Positions 24,701 through 38,100 of a stretch of DNA of 64,000 nucleotides are shown here, piece by piece. Both the position numbers and the translations under genes were made by a program. The notes beneath the pieces were generated by a model, which saw only the letters and a program-made list of their open reading frames with translations, had not been told where the DNA came from and did not search any database. How positions within the stretch are numbered: position 1 is the first letter of the stretch; each line of letters opens with the position of its first letter. Origin of the DNA: Adineta vaga (lineage: Eukaryota; Animalia; Rotifera); assembly GCA_021613535.1 (NCBI GenBank), contig CP075492.1, positions 16,306,001-16,370,000 of the forward strand. Reading direction: 5' to 3'.

Positions 24701-27472
24701 CTCATACCCACACTCTCAAGAAATGATTAGAGTTGTCTTACTTTGTTGTGGATATTTATCCATGACCGTGATCGTTTCATTTGATATTCTGTCGTATATA
24801 TTCTCTGATAAATTGGTTACTTCATTATACAAATCTCGTGTCCATTCTTCGATACCAAATGTTAAACCCAGCTGTTCAAAATGTAATTTTATTGATAAAT
24901 TGTTTTGTGCTAATTTCCACATTGCTATTTTATAATTAGGAAACAAAGGTTCAGCAGGTTCTAAAATTAGTTTTTGTAAAATTGAACTTGAAAATGGAAA
25001 TGGTAAAATATGTAAAAAGTTCACAATTTGTTCAATGGCATAACCTGAAGAATTATTATTCACATCCAATTGTTTTAATTTAATAAACCATGCTTTCATT
25101 ATTGTTTGTAAACGCGCAAGTGGTAATCGAGTAGAATCACGTTCTTGTATAGATAATGATAGAAGATGTGCAGCAGCTTCTCTTAATTTCATATGCATTA
25201 AATCCTTTTCAAAATCTTCAATACTTGAATGTGATAATCGAATAAATTGAGTGTTATTATTGGATACTTCTAACCATAATATATTTGTCAGTTTTGATTT
25301 ATTTCGATGAAGAAATTCTTTAATATGTCCTTTCTCTTGCATGTGTAAACGATTCCAATGAGACCATGAATTAATATCAACAAAAATTGGACAATTAGTT
25401 AAATATTTACATAAATGATCATCATCAGGAACATATGGACGAGAAATATTTGTATCTAATTTATTTATATATTCATCGCCTAATAAAACTTCTTCATATC
25501 TAAAAATAAGAGAAAAGAAATGTTTCATTGTTATAATCATTTTTTTTATCTACATACTGTATTGTGGGAATTGTATTTTGAATTTGTTTTTGTTTTTCTA
25601 CTCGATCACATAATTTTTCAATATTATGGAATCCAATTTGTCTTAAATTTTGTAAATTAAAATGATATTTTATTGTTTTTTCAATTGATTTTCTATCATG
25701 AATATTATTATGAAATAAATGTTGAATAAATGCAAATAATTCTGTTCGTTTAATACCACCACATGAATCAACATTAAATAAATCAAATTCTAATTTATTC
25801 TCAATTGTTCTTTGATTATCACACAGAAATTTAATAAAATCACCATGTCCAAATATTGTAAAATCATTTTTTTGACATAGATTTCGTTGAATTTCAAGCA
25901 ATGTTGACAATTTAAATATACCATCAGATTGATCAATTAATTTATATAAACTCATACATAGTTTATTTAATGATACTTTCATTGGTGGTTGTTGTTGTTG
26001 TTGTGCTGTATTATTGGTATTTACCATAATCATTGGTGATGATGGCGTTTGTTCAATACATTGTTTACTATCATTATTTATAGGGATCTCTGTTGGTTCT
26101 TTGATTGTTCCCAAAAAGATAGCTAAATTCATAAAATATCTATGTACGTCACTACATCTTAATGTATCTAATGCCATTTGTAGCCCCTGCTCTTGATTAA
26201 TTTTCTCAAATTCAGTTCGTTCGTCAATTATTTCAACTAAACGATGAAATACATCAATAGGGGTCATATTGATATAAGTTTGACAATTGTGATCAGAAAA
26301 AGCATTTTGAAATCTAGTTTTTACTTTTTCTAATTGTTCTTCGCATAATTCAATTTCCACTTCTTGAATTCTTTTTGTCCATGTTGAATTTTGTGCATTT
26401 GAACCTTTTTTGATCGCTCGACACGTCTAAGATAATGACTTTGTTTCTTTTTAGTTAAATACAAATATTTTATTTACTTGAAGTATATAGGGAAATGATG
26501 TTACATAAATACCGAGATGATCCCATGTTGGTACATCGAAATGATCTGCCGCATGCTTTTTGAATGCATCAAAATCAGCCTTTTCACCATATTTTAAAGA
26601 ACGTGTATAATTGTGAAATAAATCAATTATTTCAATACTTTTTGTTGGTCTGATTGTTGATATATTTTGTAGATTGAATAATCTGATAATATCTGGATGT
26701 TTTGAGATGGGTCCAACATTTAATCTATCATATGAATCGATTTCAAACTGATTTAAAATTTCTTCTTTCAATTCATCTAGTGTACCAATGACGCGTATTT
26801 GTTTAAAGACATCGATTAATAAATATAATTTACCATGTCGTTTAGTAAAATTTTTTAACGGTTTTAAGTCTTCATAAGGATTTCTTACATTGGTAATATC
26901 GAATTCAGACCATCGTGTAACTTGATACAATTTGAATAGTTTATCAACTATCATATTTACGCTGATAAAATCATCTTCACTAACGCATTGTGCTATTATA
27001 TCGGCTAGAATTCTTTCTACTCTCTCTTTGGAATCGGTAGCAAGAATAACAGAAGAAGGTTGTGATGACGGTGGTCGATAAGCTATTTGTCTGGGCATAT
27101 TTGGCATCAGTGGCCGTGGAGAGTCATGTATTCTTGATGGATGACGATGTCTCATCATATTGTTATTTCGTCTTGAAGCTGGAAACTGTCTGTCCTGTGC
27201 CAAGGGAGGAAAATTCCTGTTAGGTGGAAAATTGCGCTAAAAGAGAAAACATGAGCGTCGAATAATTAATTTCTATTATTATAGTTTGCTATGCATACTT
27301 GCTGCTGTGGAGCTGGAGTATCATCATCATCATCAGTATCATCGTTACTGTGATTTCTTGACGAATCAATGCGGTCACTTGAATTTCTATCACCATAAGG
27401 TGTTGGTGATGGTCGACCGCGATTCTGCTGGTTTCGGAGTTGTTGTCCACTTCGTACAACACGATCGGACAT
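18706..27472 (-). CDS. NO VEIN / sacsin-like protein: GHKL HATPase + C-terminal DUF3883 domain, multi-exon
   Basis: HFVLELIQNADDN, NNENGF, VGKSTK..GHKGIGFKSVF, AYLP..FILQADF..SRQDI..WN; C-terminal GRKGEELV..WLN..GLPYDI..IEVKTT. The ORF pieces are joined by short introns. Confidence 0.9.
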
Positions 27473-28213
27473 GTTTCAAACTTTGTAAAGTCGTATTTGT
27501 ATTCAGAATTCTTTCGAAAAACCAATAATGTTTGTAAATGATTAATTTTCTGCTAATTTACTGTTTCACTATCTCTGAAATTGAATAAAAACAAATTAGA
27601 GTACATTCATACAGTAGTTAGTAAATATTATAATGGATGCCTCGCAATGTTGAGTATGTAGCAGTCTATAAAACTATGACAGGCTGTTATCTCGGATATC
27701 ATCAGAGTAATAGAGAATTGTATTGTTTTGTTATGATAATAAAAATGGATAGAAATTAGGCGAATATATGACATTTCTTTTTTATTGCAATACGCAAACA
27801 GTCTGGGATACTTACTGTATCTAAACCCTATACTCTGAAGTTGAGAACTTCTGGTAAAAGGCTTTCAAAGCACGCAAATGCGAAGTTTTTTGAAAAATTA
27901 AAACTTCTAAACAAATCGTAAGTTGAGTGGGAAGAAATGACTTTTCACTTCGTTTATTCAATGAGCAGTCATCCTATTCAGCGATATTGAACATTCCGTA
28001 ATTCCATCCACAATCGATCAAGTATTTCTCGTTAATGGCGCAGTAACCAAATTCCGGGAATCGGCAGGAACTGAAGTACATTAAAATAAATGGAGTATTT
28101 TTATTCTATCGCTCAAACATTTCCCTTGTTCGCACGCAACGGTCTATTACATTTCAATGATCAATTTTTTTATTGCAAAGAAAGATTAGGAAAAAGATAG
28201 GCTAGGGGGCTAC

Positions 28214-28716
28214 TAGACATGCACCAAACCCAAACTGTTTGGGTTTGGTGAGTTTGGGTTTTGTGTTTGAGTTTCGGTTTGGGTATTGGGTTTGGGATTG
28301 GGTTTGGGTTTGGGTTTGGGTCAAATATCGGAATCTATCAAATCGCCTGGATTTTGGTATGATTCTTTTCTTTGAAGTCGCCTCTCTTCATTGCAAATAC
28401 TTGTTTGTATATATTCACAATCAAAACGTGCATCGATGCTTCATATTTTCAAGTGTTGGATTCATACTATCTCCCCCTTGATAATGCTAAGGAAGAGTAT
28501 ATATTTTGGCTTGTTGACATATACAAACAAGTATTTGCAATGAAGAGAGGCGACTTCAAAGAAAAGAATCATACCGAAATCCAGGCGATTTGATAGATCC
28601 CGATATTTGAACCAAGCCCAAACCCAAACACAAACTCAAACTTAATGTTCAAACTCAAACTCATATACCCAAACCAAACTCTCAAACGGTTTGGGTTTGA
28701 GTTTGGTGCATGTCTG
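28214..28716. mobile_element. hAT-like MITE with long internal inverted repeats
   Basis: TIR TAGACATGCACCAAAC / GTTTGGTGCATGTCTG; 8-bp TSD GGGGCTAC / GGGGCGAC (1 mismatch); (GGTTTG)n and (CAAACC)n subterminal arrays; ~90-bp near-perfect inner stem. Confidence 0.9.
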
Positions 28717-30344
28717 GGGGCGACTTAGGAGATGTGGAGGACTAAGGTAGACTAAGTCGGATCAAAATATTTTTAATATTTACGCTAAAATTTACTAATG
28801 CAAAGCAATGTATTGAAGATGATATGATAGCTCATTGAGGGTGCTACATAGCATCAAATTGTCAGCAGAATGATTTAACGGTTAATCGCACGTCTTTTAT
28901 TCGCCTGACTTATAACTTCCTCGTTAGTTCGTCTAGTCCCCCGTAGACCCAGAATACAGTCTTAGTATATTGAATTACACGACAATCTGAAAGTACAAGA
29001 TAATGTATATGAATAAGGTGCATCTTGTGTATATGGGATATGGGAATAAAAGAAAAGGTAACGACGAAAGGATACTGTGAAGTAAGATAAAGAATAGAAA
29101 TTGAAGTGTAAGAAGTTCTTTATTTTTTATACCAATTGGTTTTTGCTAATTGCAGTGAAGATGGTTAAGTTTCTTTCACAATTAAAAACGTATGGTATCA
29201 GAAATTCCCTAATCCTACCAGTGTATGGATAAAATTGACTCGATTTTGTTTTCAAAATTCAATTTGAAATATAAAAGCTTATATGCTCCTTGTGTGAGTG
29301 TGTTGTTGTTGAAAGATAAAATCGAGACTGAGGGAATTTGTTTTTTTCAACGAAGAAAAACGTATGCTTTTTTTATCGTTCTGTCACTCTCTGTTAATGT
29401 TTCTCTCAGTCTGGTAGTTACTGGAAAAACACTTCGTCATCTTACAAATGCACTCCGAATACATATTTTCCATGTGCATATCTTGCGTTCTCTACTCCAA
29501 TAGTGAAGAAAATAAAAGAAATCAACATCGCTATGTTTGTACAGCATTGTTATAATCATCGAAAATCAATGGGAGAAATATTTTTTCGTAATCTTTTGTA
29601 CTTCAGCCAGTAGCTGCCGAATTCGACTTATAATATAAATGAAAATTCATCGATATATATCTATACATCTATAAACAGATATAGATATAAATATATGCAT
29701 ACATTACACATGTTAGTTTAAGAATATAGGAATAGATTTAGTTTGATATGTAAATTTGTTTGGTTTTCCTTTGCTGATTTTTCGGCTTGGGAACTGCCTT
29801 TGTTTTTCGTTTTCGGTGGGTGTAGGTGATGGATACACTTAGAATTCACACCCTCACCCACACCCAGTTTTTTTACTCAAAAATATGATTCATAACATAC
29901 TTCTACGGAAATTTCAAAAAACAATTAACTTGAGAAATTCTTATTTCGAGAGACTGAGAGAATATTTCATTTTATACGTTTGTTACACAACAGAAATTTC
30001 TTATCTATTCACAATGTAACCGTATCATAACAAAATGGAAAATATTTTTCTTCACCTCAACATATAATGTCAATAGCTTTTGATGATGAAACAAAACTCT
30101 TCAATGGCATCTTCATTAATACAAAACTTTTCTTTTTATGCATTCGATAGTTCATTATCATCTTGTGTAGAAAACATTCCGTTTTGATTCTTCTCTCGTT
30201 TTCATCAGTACATAGTTTGAAAAAGATTCATGATACTCGTATTTTTTCGCCGAATGGTGATAGAAAATAAAATACCATAATCTCTACTCTCGGTAACAGT
30301 CACATTATCAAGAGCTGAAGATTTTCTATATTTGAATTATGCAG

Positions 30345-31687
30345 TTATTTCGATGTTTTCGTACAATAAGATTTAAAAACAGAATTAAAGAGTTGTTCAA
30401 GTCGATTCATATCCACATTGACATTGTCTTGCTCATCAACTGTATTCGGTAAAATCCAATAGGATTGATTGAGTAATTGTGATTGTATATAATAACTATA
30501 ACCAACACATGGTCGAAATTGATTTGGATCAAACATCGAACAAACAATGGGTAAAGAACTTTTATTCGATTTATAAGGCATTATTTCGATAATAGTTGTT
30601 CCAGATGGAGCAAAATTGATATTGGATAGAGCTCCACCATGTATACCAAAAATGAGACGAGCATTGGAAAATAATTCGATTTGTTTTCCAATATGATCAT
30701 CTTGTTTGGAATGATCATATTGTACATAAGTAAGTGAATGTTTTATGGCATATCTACGAAGAAGTTCAATAACGGAATTGTCATTGAGAATCAGACGACC
30801 ATGATTTTTTGCATTATTTGCTGTACGTTGAACATATATCAGTAGATTTGGTTTCGATTTTGGAAGGTTTACTAAAGACCAATACATCGCACGAGCATTT
30901 TGCCAAAGACGAGGATGAATACCTGGTGTTCGACATGGATTTATCAAAAGATGCGCACCAACTTTCATTGGACGATTATAATGAATAATTCGATGTGATT
31001 CATTTACACCTGTAATCATATTCAAAATCAATCGTCTATAAACATGCAGTAGAACTTACCAAGTAAATTCCATATTTCTTTGACAGACCGATCAAATTGA
31101 ATACCTTTTAAAAGCAATACTTTAGCATTCGGATACTGATCTAAATAGTGTCGAGAATGGGTCAATTTTGGTCCAATTCCATCGAGAAAATGCTGAAAAC
31201 TCCAACCATCGGGTACTGTATAGATAATGGCTTGATCATAAACGACTGAAACGTGATTCTTTGATGTAAATATTCGTCGAAGAGCTGTTTCATCATAGTT
31301 ATAACCACAAGCATCATTATAATAAACACCATTCTCTACTAAAGCCAGATGAATATTCAAATGTTCTTTGGAATCATTGTGGAAGAACCCATTTGTTTCA
31401 CAATTCCGATGCAAACATTGTTGTGAATATTGTCGATAATGAGTTGTATTCAAAAACCAATTACGTGTTTCATTATCAAAAAAATTAGGTAAACCGATTG
31501 TGAAAGGTTCAAACGCAGATGAGATTTGTTTGAATTTAGAATCTTTAGATGAGAATAAATCTTCTGTTTATCTCGAAATAGATGCATGATTTAGATACCA
31601 AAATAGAAAACAAATTTGATAAATAATAATAATTGATATAACACTAATATACACAGATTTCAATAAATGAATTCGATAAAGTTTCAT
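30345..31687 (-). CDS. Glycosyltransferase family 61 (DUF563), type II membrane protein, 3 exons
   Basis: N-terminal TM; WSFQHFLD; QIELFSNARLIFGIHGGALSNINFAPSGTTIIEI signature. Confidence 0.85.
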
Positions 31688-33390
31688 CTTTGTTATCCAT
31701 AAAGTAAATCGATATAAAAAGATTGATTATGATAGATCATTTCATTATTAATATACTTATTATTCGTTCACTAGTAATTATGATATGAAGAACACAAAGC
31801 TTTTACACAGTACAATTTATATTGTGAGATATTCGTATGCTGTTGTATGTGGTATAAGATTTGTCCGCTTTCAAGATAATGATATGTGAAATTAAGTTTA
31901 AGCGAAGTTTTTTTCTTTCTTTTTCATTCTCTACCTCCACACATTCATATCGAACCTCGTGGCAGTTATAAAACAAGAAATACGATCAAATATGGGGCAG
32001 ATCAATATTGTGTAGAGCTTACATGAATAGTGAAGCATAGGTTTAATTTTGATTAGTTTTGTTCGAAAAGAACATGAAAAACTACATTGACTATTGTTAT
32101 TTCTGTCTTAAAAAATCTTTCTTCTTCAAAGACTTATCAAACAATGTTTTCAAGAGGTATTCAAGTCGCAAGCGTCATATCGTATTATAATAAGATAAAT
32201 AATAATTATTTAATGTAAGTCTTTTCCGTAGTAACTACCAGGATAAGAAAATATAACAGCTAATATCCTTAGATTTTTTTATCTTATGGTTCATTTTATA
32301 AATGTGTAAAATTTAAATGATCAAATTCTTTAATAATGTGGTGTTTGATATTGATTTTAAAAGTAATTATTTGGTATCTGCTAAATAGAAAAAACGTGTT
32401 CATGCATACATAACCGCCATGACTTCACGCTGCATTGTAAAAATAAGGATCTATCGATTCGCAACATACGAGAAACCTTTTCATCTCTTTCTTGAAGTGC
32501 GTCATAAATCAAGAAAGGGTTTATATCTTCACCAAGTACAATAAAAAAGGAGTTCTTTATACGTTGCAAATTCATAAATCTTTTTTACGTTTATGAGACC
32601 ATTATAAACGACTTTGTCGTGGGTTGTTGTACACTTCCTTTTTACAGTATAGAAATATGTAATTGTTAAAGCGGTGGATGGATATACATGAGGCTATGCT
32701 CTTAACCCACACACTAAATATAGACTAGAAAATATCATCAGCTATAGACAGTCTCACTTCATACGATAAAAACTAATATTATCAAAAATCAATTCATTTA
32801 ACTCAATTACAAGTGAAAGTGCTTTTTGAAATAAAAAATCAAGATTTTCGAAGAAGAAATCAAATCAGAGATTTTAGTTATTTTATCAGATACAATTACT
32901 CTTTAATTCAATATGGATTTTATTTCAATTAATTTTTCAACTGATAATAATCAAAATTTTGTTGAGATTGATTGAGTATGTAATTTCATTTTATTTGAAC
33001 TAACTGAAAAAGTATTCTTGACTTATAATTATCAACTAGGAACTATTTTACAACTAAAACAAATGTTTCGCAGTTGTTTAACTATTAAATATCATACTGT
33101 AATTTGTAACAAGACCTATAGATATGAAAAGTGGAAGTAGTATTTCATGATTTATCACGTATTTTGAATAACATTTCGTCCAAGATTCGTTGCCATTTAT
33201 AATACATAAGGTTGTTTTATGCTTTTTTTCTTATTCATTTTAATGATTAAATTTGATATTTGAGAAGATACTTGCTTGATGAGAGATAGAAAATGACGTG
33301 GGAAATTGATAACCTTTTTTCAAATTAAATATCTGATATAATATAAAAACACAGTTCTTCAACAGAAAAATAAAGGTTAGTTTTATAATC

Positions 33391-34106
33391 ATGGATAATC
33401 GTCGTTTACGTTCTATTATTTTCAAACTTCGACATCGTCTCAGTAATAACGATCGAAAACGTCTTCAATTCTATCTTGGTAATCATATTTTACAAAGAAT
33501 TCAAGACTATCCGACAATTGCTGGAACTCTGAATCTTATTGGATCTCTTCTTGATAAAAATGAAATTAATGATAAAGATCTCAGTTATCTAATCAATGCA
33601 TTTGATGAAATTCATTGTTGTGATGCTGCAAACTTCTTGAGAGGTAAACTCATTATTTTTGTTTAAAACAGATTGCTATAATCACTATGTTTAGAGTATC
33701 GAAACCAAAATCGTGCAAATCCATCAATACACAATCTATCAAAAAGTATGCCACCTCTCTTTTGGAACCATCCACAATCGAGTAAGTGATCAGCGAAATC
33801 ATTTGATATTCTGATTTCATATCAACTTAAATTTAGTTTCTCGTCGTTGTGATGATAAGAATTATAATGAAGCAACGATCAGACATAAGATGAAATTGCT
33901 GGAAAAATGTATCTTATTTTTCGTTCTATTATTTATGGTTATAAATACAGAATTATTATTTTTCTCTCTTTGGAACAATATTCAATTTCGTCAATTAGAA
34001 GAAGAACATCTTCAATTTACGAAAATGATAAAAGTAATAAAAACTAAACAAAATGAGAATGCGGTAAACTTAAATCAATCGGAAAGCAAATTGGAAAATC
34101 TCGGAA
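33391..34106 (+). CDS. Death effector domain (DED) + linker + TM + coiled coil; probable 5' exons of the TPR gene
   Basis: DED-like LRSIIFKL..LS..DRKRLQFYL..LNL...L....I...DLSYL..AF..I.C.DAA..L. Introns 33644-33694 and 33782-33836 keep the frame into CILFFVLLFMVI...; donor GTAAGA at 34107. Confidence 0.75.
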
Positions 34107-35168
34107 GTAAGAGTGTGCTTCACCTTTCTGTCTAAGAATATATATCCTAATCATCTCACTGTGTTACCGTCGAGTCCTCTGATAGACTAACCGTTCGGAA
34201 AAATAGCTTCTCCATATACATCATCATTGCCCTTAAGAAACTCTTATTTTAGATCAACACTTCTAGAAATTTCAAAGTGAATTATATATGAATCTAGATT
34301 TACCGTGGAAGAATTTTTTAAACAGTGGTTTTATAAAACCTATCCGTGCTATTTTTAATTGGAAATTAAATCGAAATCCATATATCAGAGTTTCAGTTCT
34401 AATCTCGACACATATTCGTGCAGGAAGTTCCGAGAACAGTGGATCATAATCAATTAACTTTATACCGAATAAAAACGATTGGAATTTTAATGTAGCTTGA
34501 AAGATTTGTAAGGTAGAAAAGTCGATTCCAACGCAACTAAACTCGCGGTTTCTAATGTATCATTTCCAATCAAGAATTCAATTAAGACATCATCGTGAGT
34601 GCACTATGACTTTTGAGACTCAAAAAAAAACTATCGGATAGATATAAATTCATCGTGTTTCTATAATATGCTTGGCGTTGATCGAGATAAGCTCAATTCA
34701 TGTTTTTAAATCGAAAACAAAAAAAAACGGAATATGAGTTAGCCTAGTAAAATTATTCTCCACACCTAAAGTAAATTCTATCGAAATATGCCAACTTAAA
34801 TCTACAAAACTGAAATCCCACTTCATAGAACATATCTGAAGTTCCGAAACGTATCAAATTTCCCTTTCCATGTCCGGAAATGTTTTCTATTTTTTATAAA
34901 CTCCATCTTTTTTACAGTTAAAATGTCAATATCAGAGTCTGACACCATGTCAACATATAATTCATTGTTAAGAACAAATCCGATGTAACTACACAATGAT
35001 AAAACCGCTTGAAAACTTCTTTTACACACAACATTCTTTAATAAAACTGCCTATCCGCTTATAACATTTCACACTGAAAGTGAATTCAAAACACATTCCC
35101 ATTTTCTACGCATCAACCTTCATTTTTATATGTAGATCATCACTTTCACTATTACGTTTTCTTCTTAG

Positions 35169-38100
35169 TTTATGCAGCGATGAGACAAAACTCAGCAATA
35201 ATTTCCGACTATCGCAAAATAAACGGGATGTCAGACACACTTTCTCCTTTCGATGATTGGAGTTTAAGCATCACTTACGGAAACATTGCTTCAACATACA
35301 TTAAAATGGGACTATATGAAAGAGCCCTCGAAAACTACAACAATGCTCTTGACGTTCAAAAGAAATCTCTTCCTTCCAACCATGCCGACATAGCCGCCAG
35401 TTACAACAATATAGGAGTCGTGTATGCCGATATGGGAGCGTATTCAAGAGCACTAGAAAACTACGAGAAAGCTCTCGAGATTCGACAGAAGTCTCTTCCT
35501 TCTGATCATTCTGACTTAGTCGTCAGTCATAGCAACATAGGTGCTCTGTATTTCGCTTTGGGAGACCAATTTAGAGCTCTAGAAACCTTAAGCAGAGCCC
35601 TCGAAATTCAACAGAAATCTCTTCCGTCGGGCCATCCTAACTTAGCCACAACTTACAACAACATCGGTTTGAGCTACAACGCCTTGAAAAACTATCCAAG
35701 AGCGCTTGAAAATCTGAATAATGCACTCGAGATTCGAAAAAAATCTCTTCCTTCGAATCATCCTGATCTAGCCAAAAGTTACAACAACATCGGCTTGGTC
35801 TACTACGACTTGGGAGAACATTCAACAGCGCTTGAAAACTACAAAAAGGCACTCGTAATTCGACAAAAATCTCTTCCGCCCAATCATCCTCACTTGGCGA
35901 CAAGTTACAACAACATTGGTTCCGTCTACTACCATTTAAGAGACCATTTAAGAGTGCTTGAAAACTACAACAAAGCCTTCGAGATTCAAAAGAAATCTCT
36001 TCATTCGAATCATCCTGCCATAGCCAGAGGTTACAGCAACATCGGTTCGGTGTACTACGACTTGAGGAAACATTCAATAGCGCTTGAACACTACCAAAAT
36101 GCACTTCAGATTCAAAAGAAATCTCTTCCTTCCGATCATCCGGACATAGCCAAAACTTACTGCCACATAGGTTTGGTATACAATCAATTGGGAGAACATT
36201 CAAGAGCGCTTGAACACTATGAGAAAGCACTCCAGATCCAACAGAAATCTCTCCTCTCTCATCATCCTGACCTAGCTGCTACTTACAACAACATCGGTTT
36301 AGTGTACAACCATCGCGGAGACCATTCAAGAGCACTTGAAAACTACAACAAGGCACTCACGATTCGACAGAAATCCCTTCATTCCGAGCATCCTGACTTA
36401 GCCGCCACTTACAACAGCATTGGATCCGTGTATTATAAGATAGGAGACCACTCAAGAGCTCTTGAAAACTACAACAAGACACTTGAAATTCAACAGAAAT
36501 CTCTCGCTTCTGATCATCCTGACTTAGCCAAAACTTACAACAACATCGGAGTATTGTACAATCACCTGCGAGAACATTCGAAAGCCCTTGAAAACTACAA
36601 TAAGGCATTGGCAATACAACAGACGTCTCTTTCTTCGGACCATCCCGATTTAGCCGCCACTTATAGTAACATCGGTTGGATCTACTATGGCTTGGGAGAA
36701 CATTCGAGCGCTCTTGATAACTACAAGAAGGCACTAGAGATTCGACAAAAATCTCTTCCTTCCGATCATGCTGACTTAGCTACCACTTACAACAACATCG
36801 GTTTGGTGCACAACCAATTAGGAGAGCATTCAAGAGCGCTTGAACACTATGAGAAAGCACTCCAGATTCAACAGAAATCTCTCCTCTCTCATCATCCTGA
36901 CCTAGCTGCTACTTACAACAACATCGGTTTGGTGCACAACCAATTAGGAGACCATTCAAGAGCGCTTGAAAACTACAACAGGGCACTCACGATTCAACAG
37001 AAATCCCTTCATTCCGAGCATCCTCACTTAGCCACCACTTACAACAGCATCGGATCGGTGTATTATAGTACGGGAGACCATTCAAGAGCGCTTGAAAACT
37101 ACGAGAAGGCACTCGAGATTGAACAAAAGTCTCTTCCATCCGATCATCCTAACCTAGCTGCCACTTACAATAACATCGGTTTGGTGTACAATCAACTCGG
37201 AGACCATTCAAGAGCTCTTGAAAATTATAACAAAACCCTCCAGATTCAACAGAAATCTCTTCCTTCCGATCATCCCGGTTTCGCCGCCACTTATAATAAT
37301 ATTGGATTAGTCTACTACGACTTGGGAAAACATTCAACAGCGCTTGAAAACTGGATGAAGGCACTGGCAATTCGACAAAAATCTCTTCCTTCTGATCATC
37401 CTGACCTGGCCAAAAGTTACAACAACATTGGATTATTGTACAATCGCCTGGGGGAACATTCAAAAGCGGTTGAAAACTACCGGAATGCACTCGTGATCCG
37501 ACAAAAATCGCTTTCACCGAATCATCAAGAATTAGCCGCAATTTACAACAACATTGGCTCCGTGCATTTTGAGACGCTATATTATTCGAGAGCTCTTGAA
37601 AATTACAACTGGACACTGAAAACTCGGCAAAAATATCTTCCTTCCAATCACTCGGACATAGCCAAAAGTTACAACAACATCGGTTCGGCATACTACAAGT
37701 TGGGAGAACATTCAAGAGCGCTTGAAAACTACTACAAGGCACTGGATATTCAGCAGAAATCCCTTTCTTCTAATCACTCTGACTTAGGCGCAAGCTACAA
37801 CAACATCGGCTCCGTGTATTTTAAGACAGGAGACCATTCGAGAGCCCTTGAAAACTACTACAAGGCACTGGAGATTCAACAGAAATGTCTTCCTCCTCAG
37901 CATCCTGACTTAGTCGCCACTTACAAGAACATCGGCACTGTGTATCATACTACAGGAGACCATTTAAGAGCTCTTGAAAAGTACAAGGAGGCGCTCGAGA
38001 GTCAAAAGAAATATTTTCCTTCTAATCATCCTGAGATAGCTAAAAGTTACAACAACATCGCTTCGATGTACTACGACTTGGGAGAATATTCAACAGCTCT

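Noticed and set aside
28239-28593. ORFs with WVWVWV or similar runs (also 6412..6633 and 53529..53792)
   Set aside because: Translations of GGTTTG or TGTGGG repeats.
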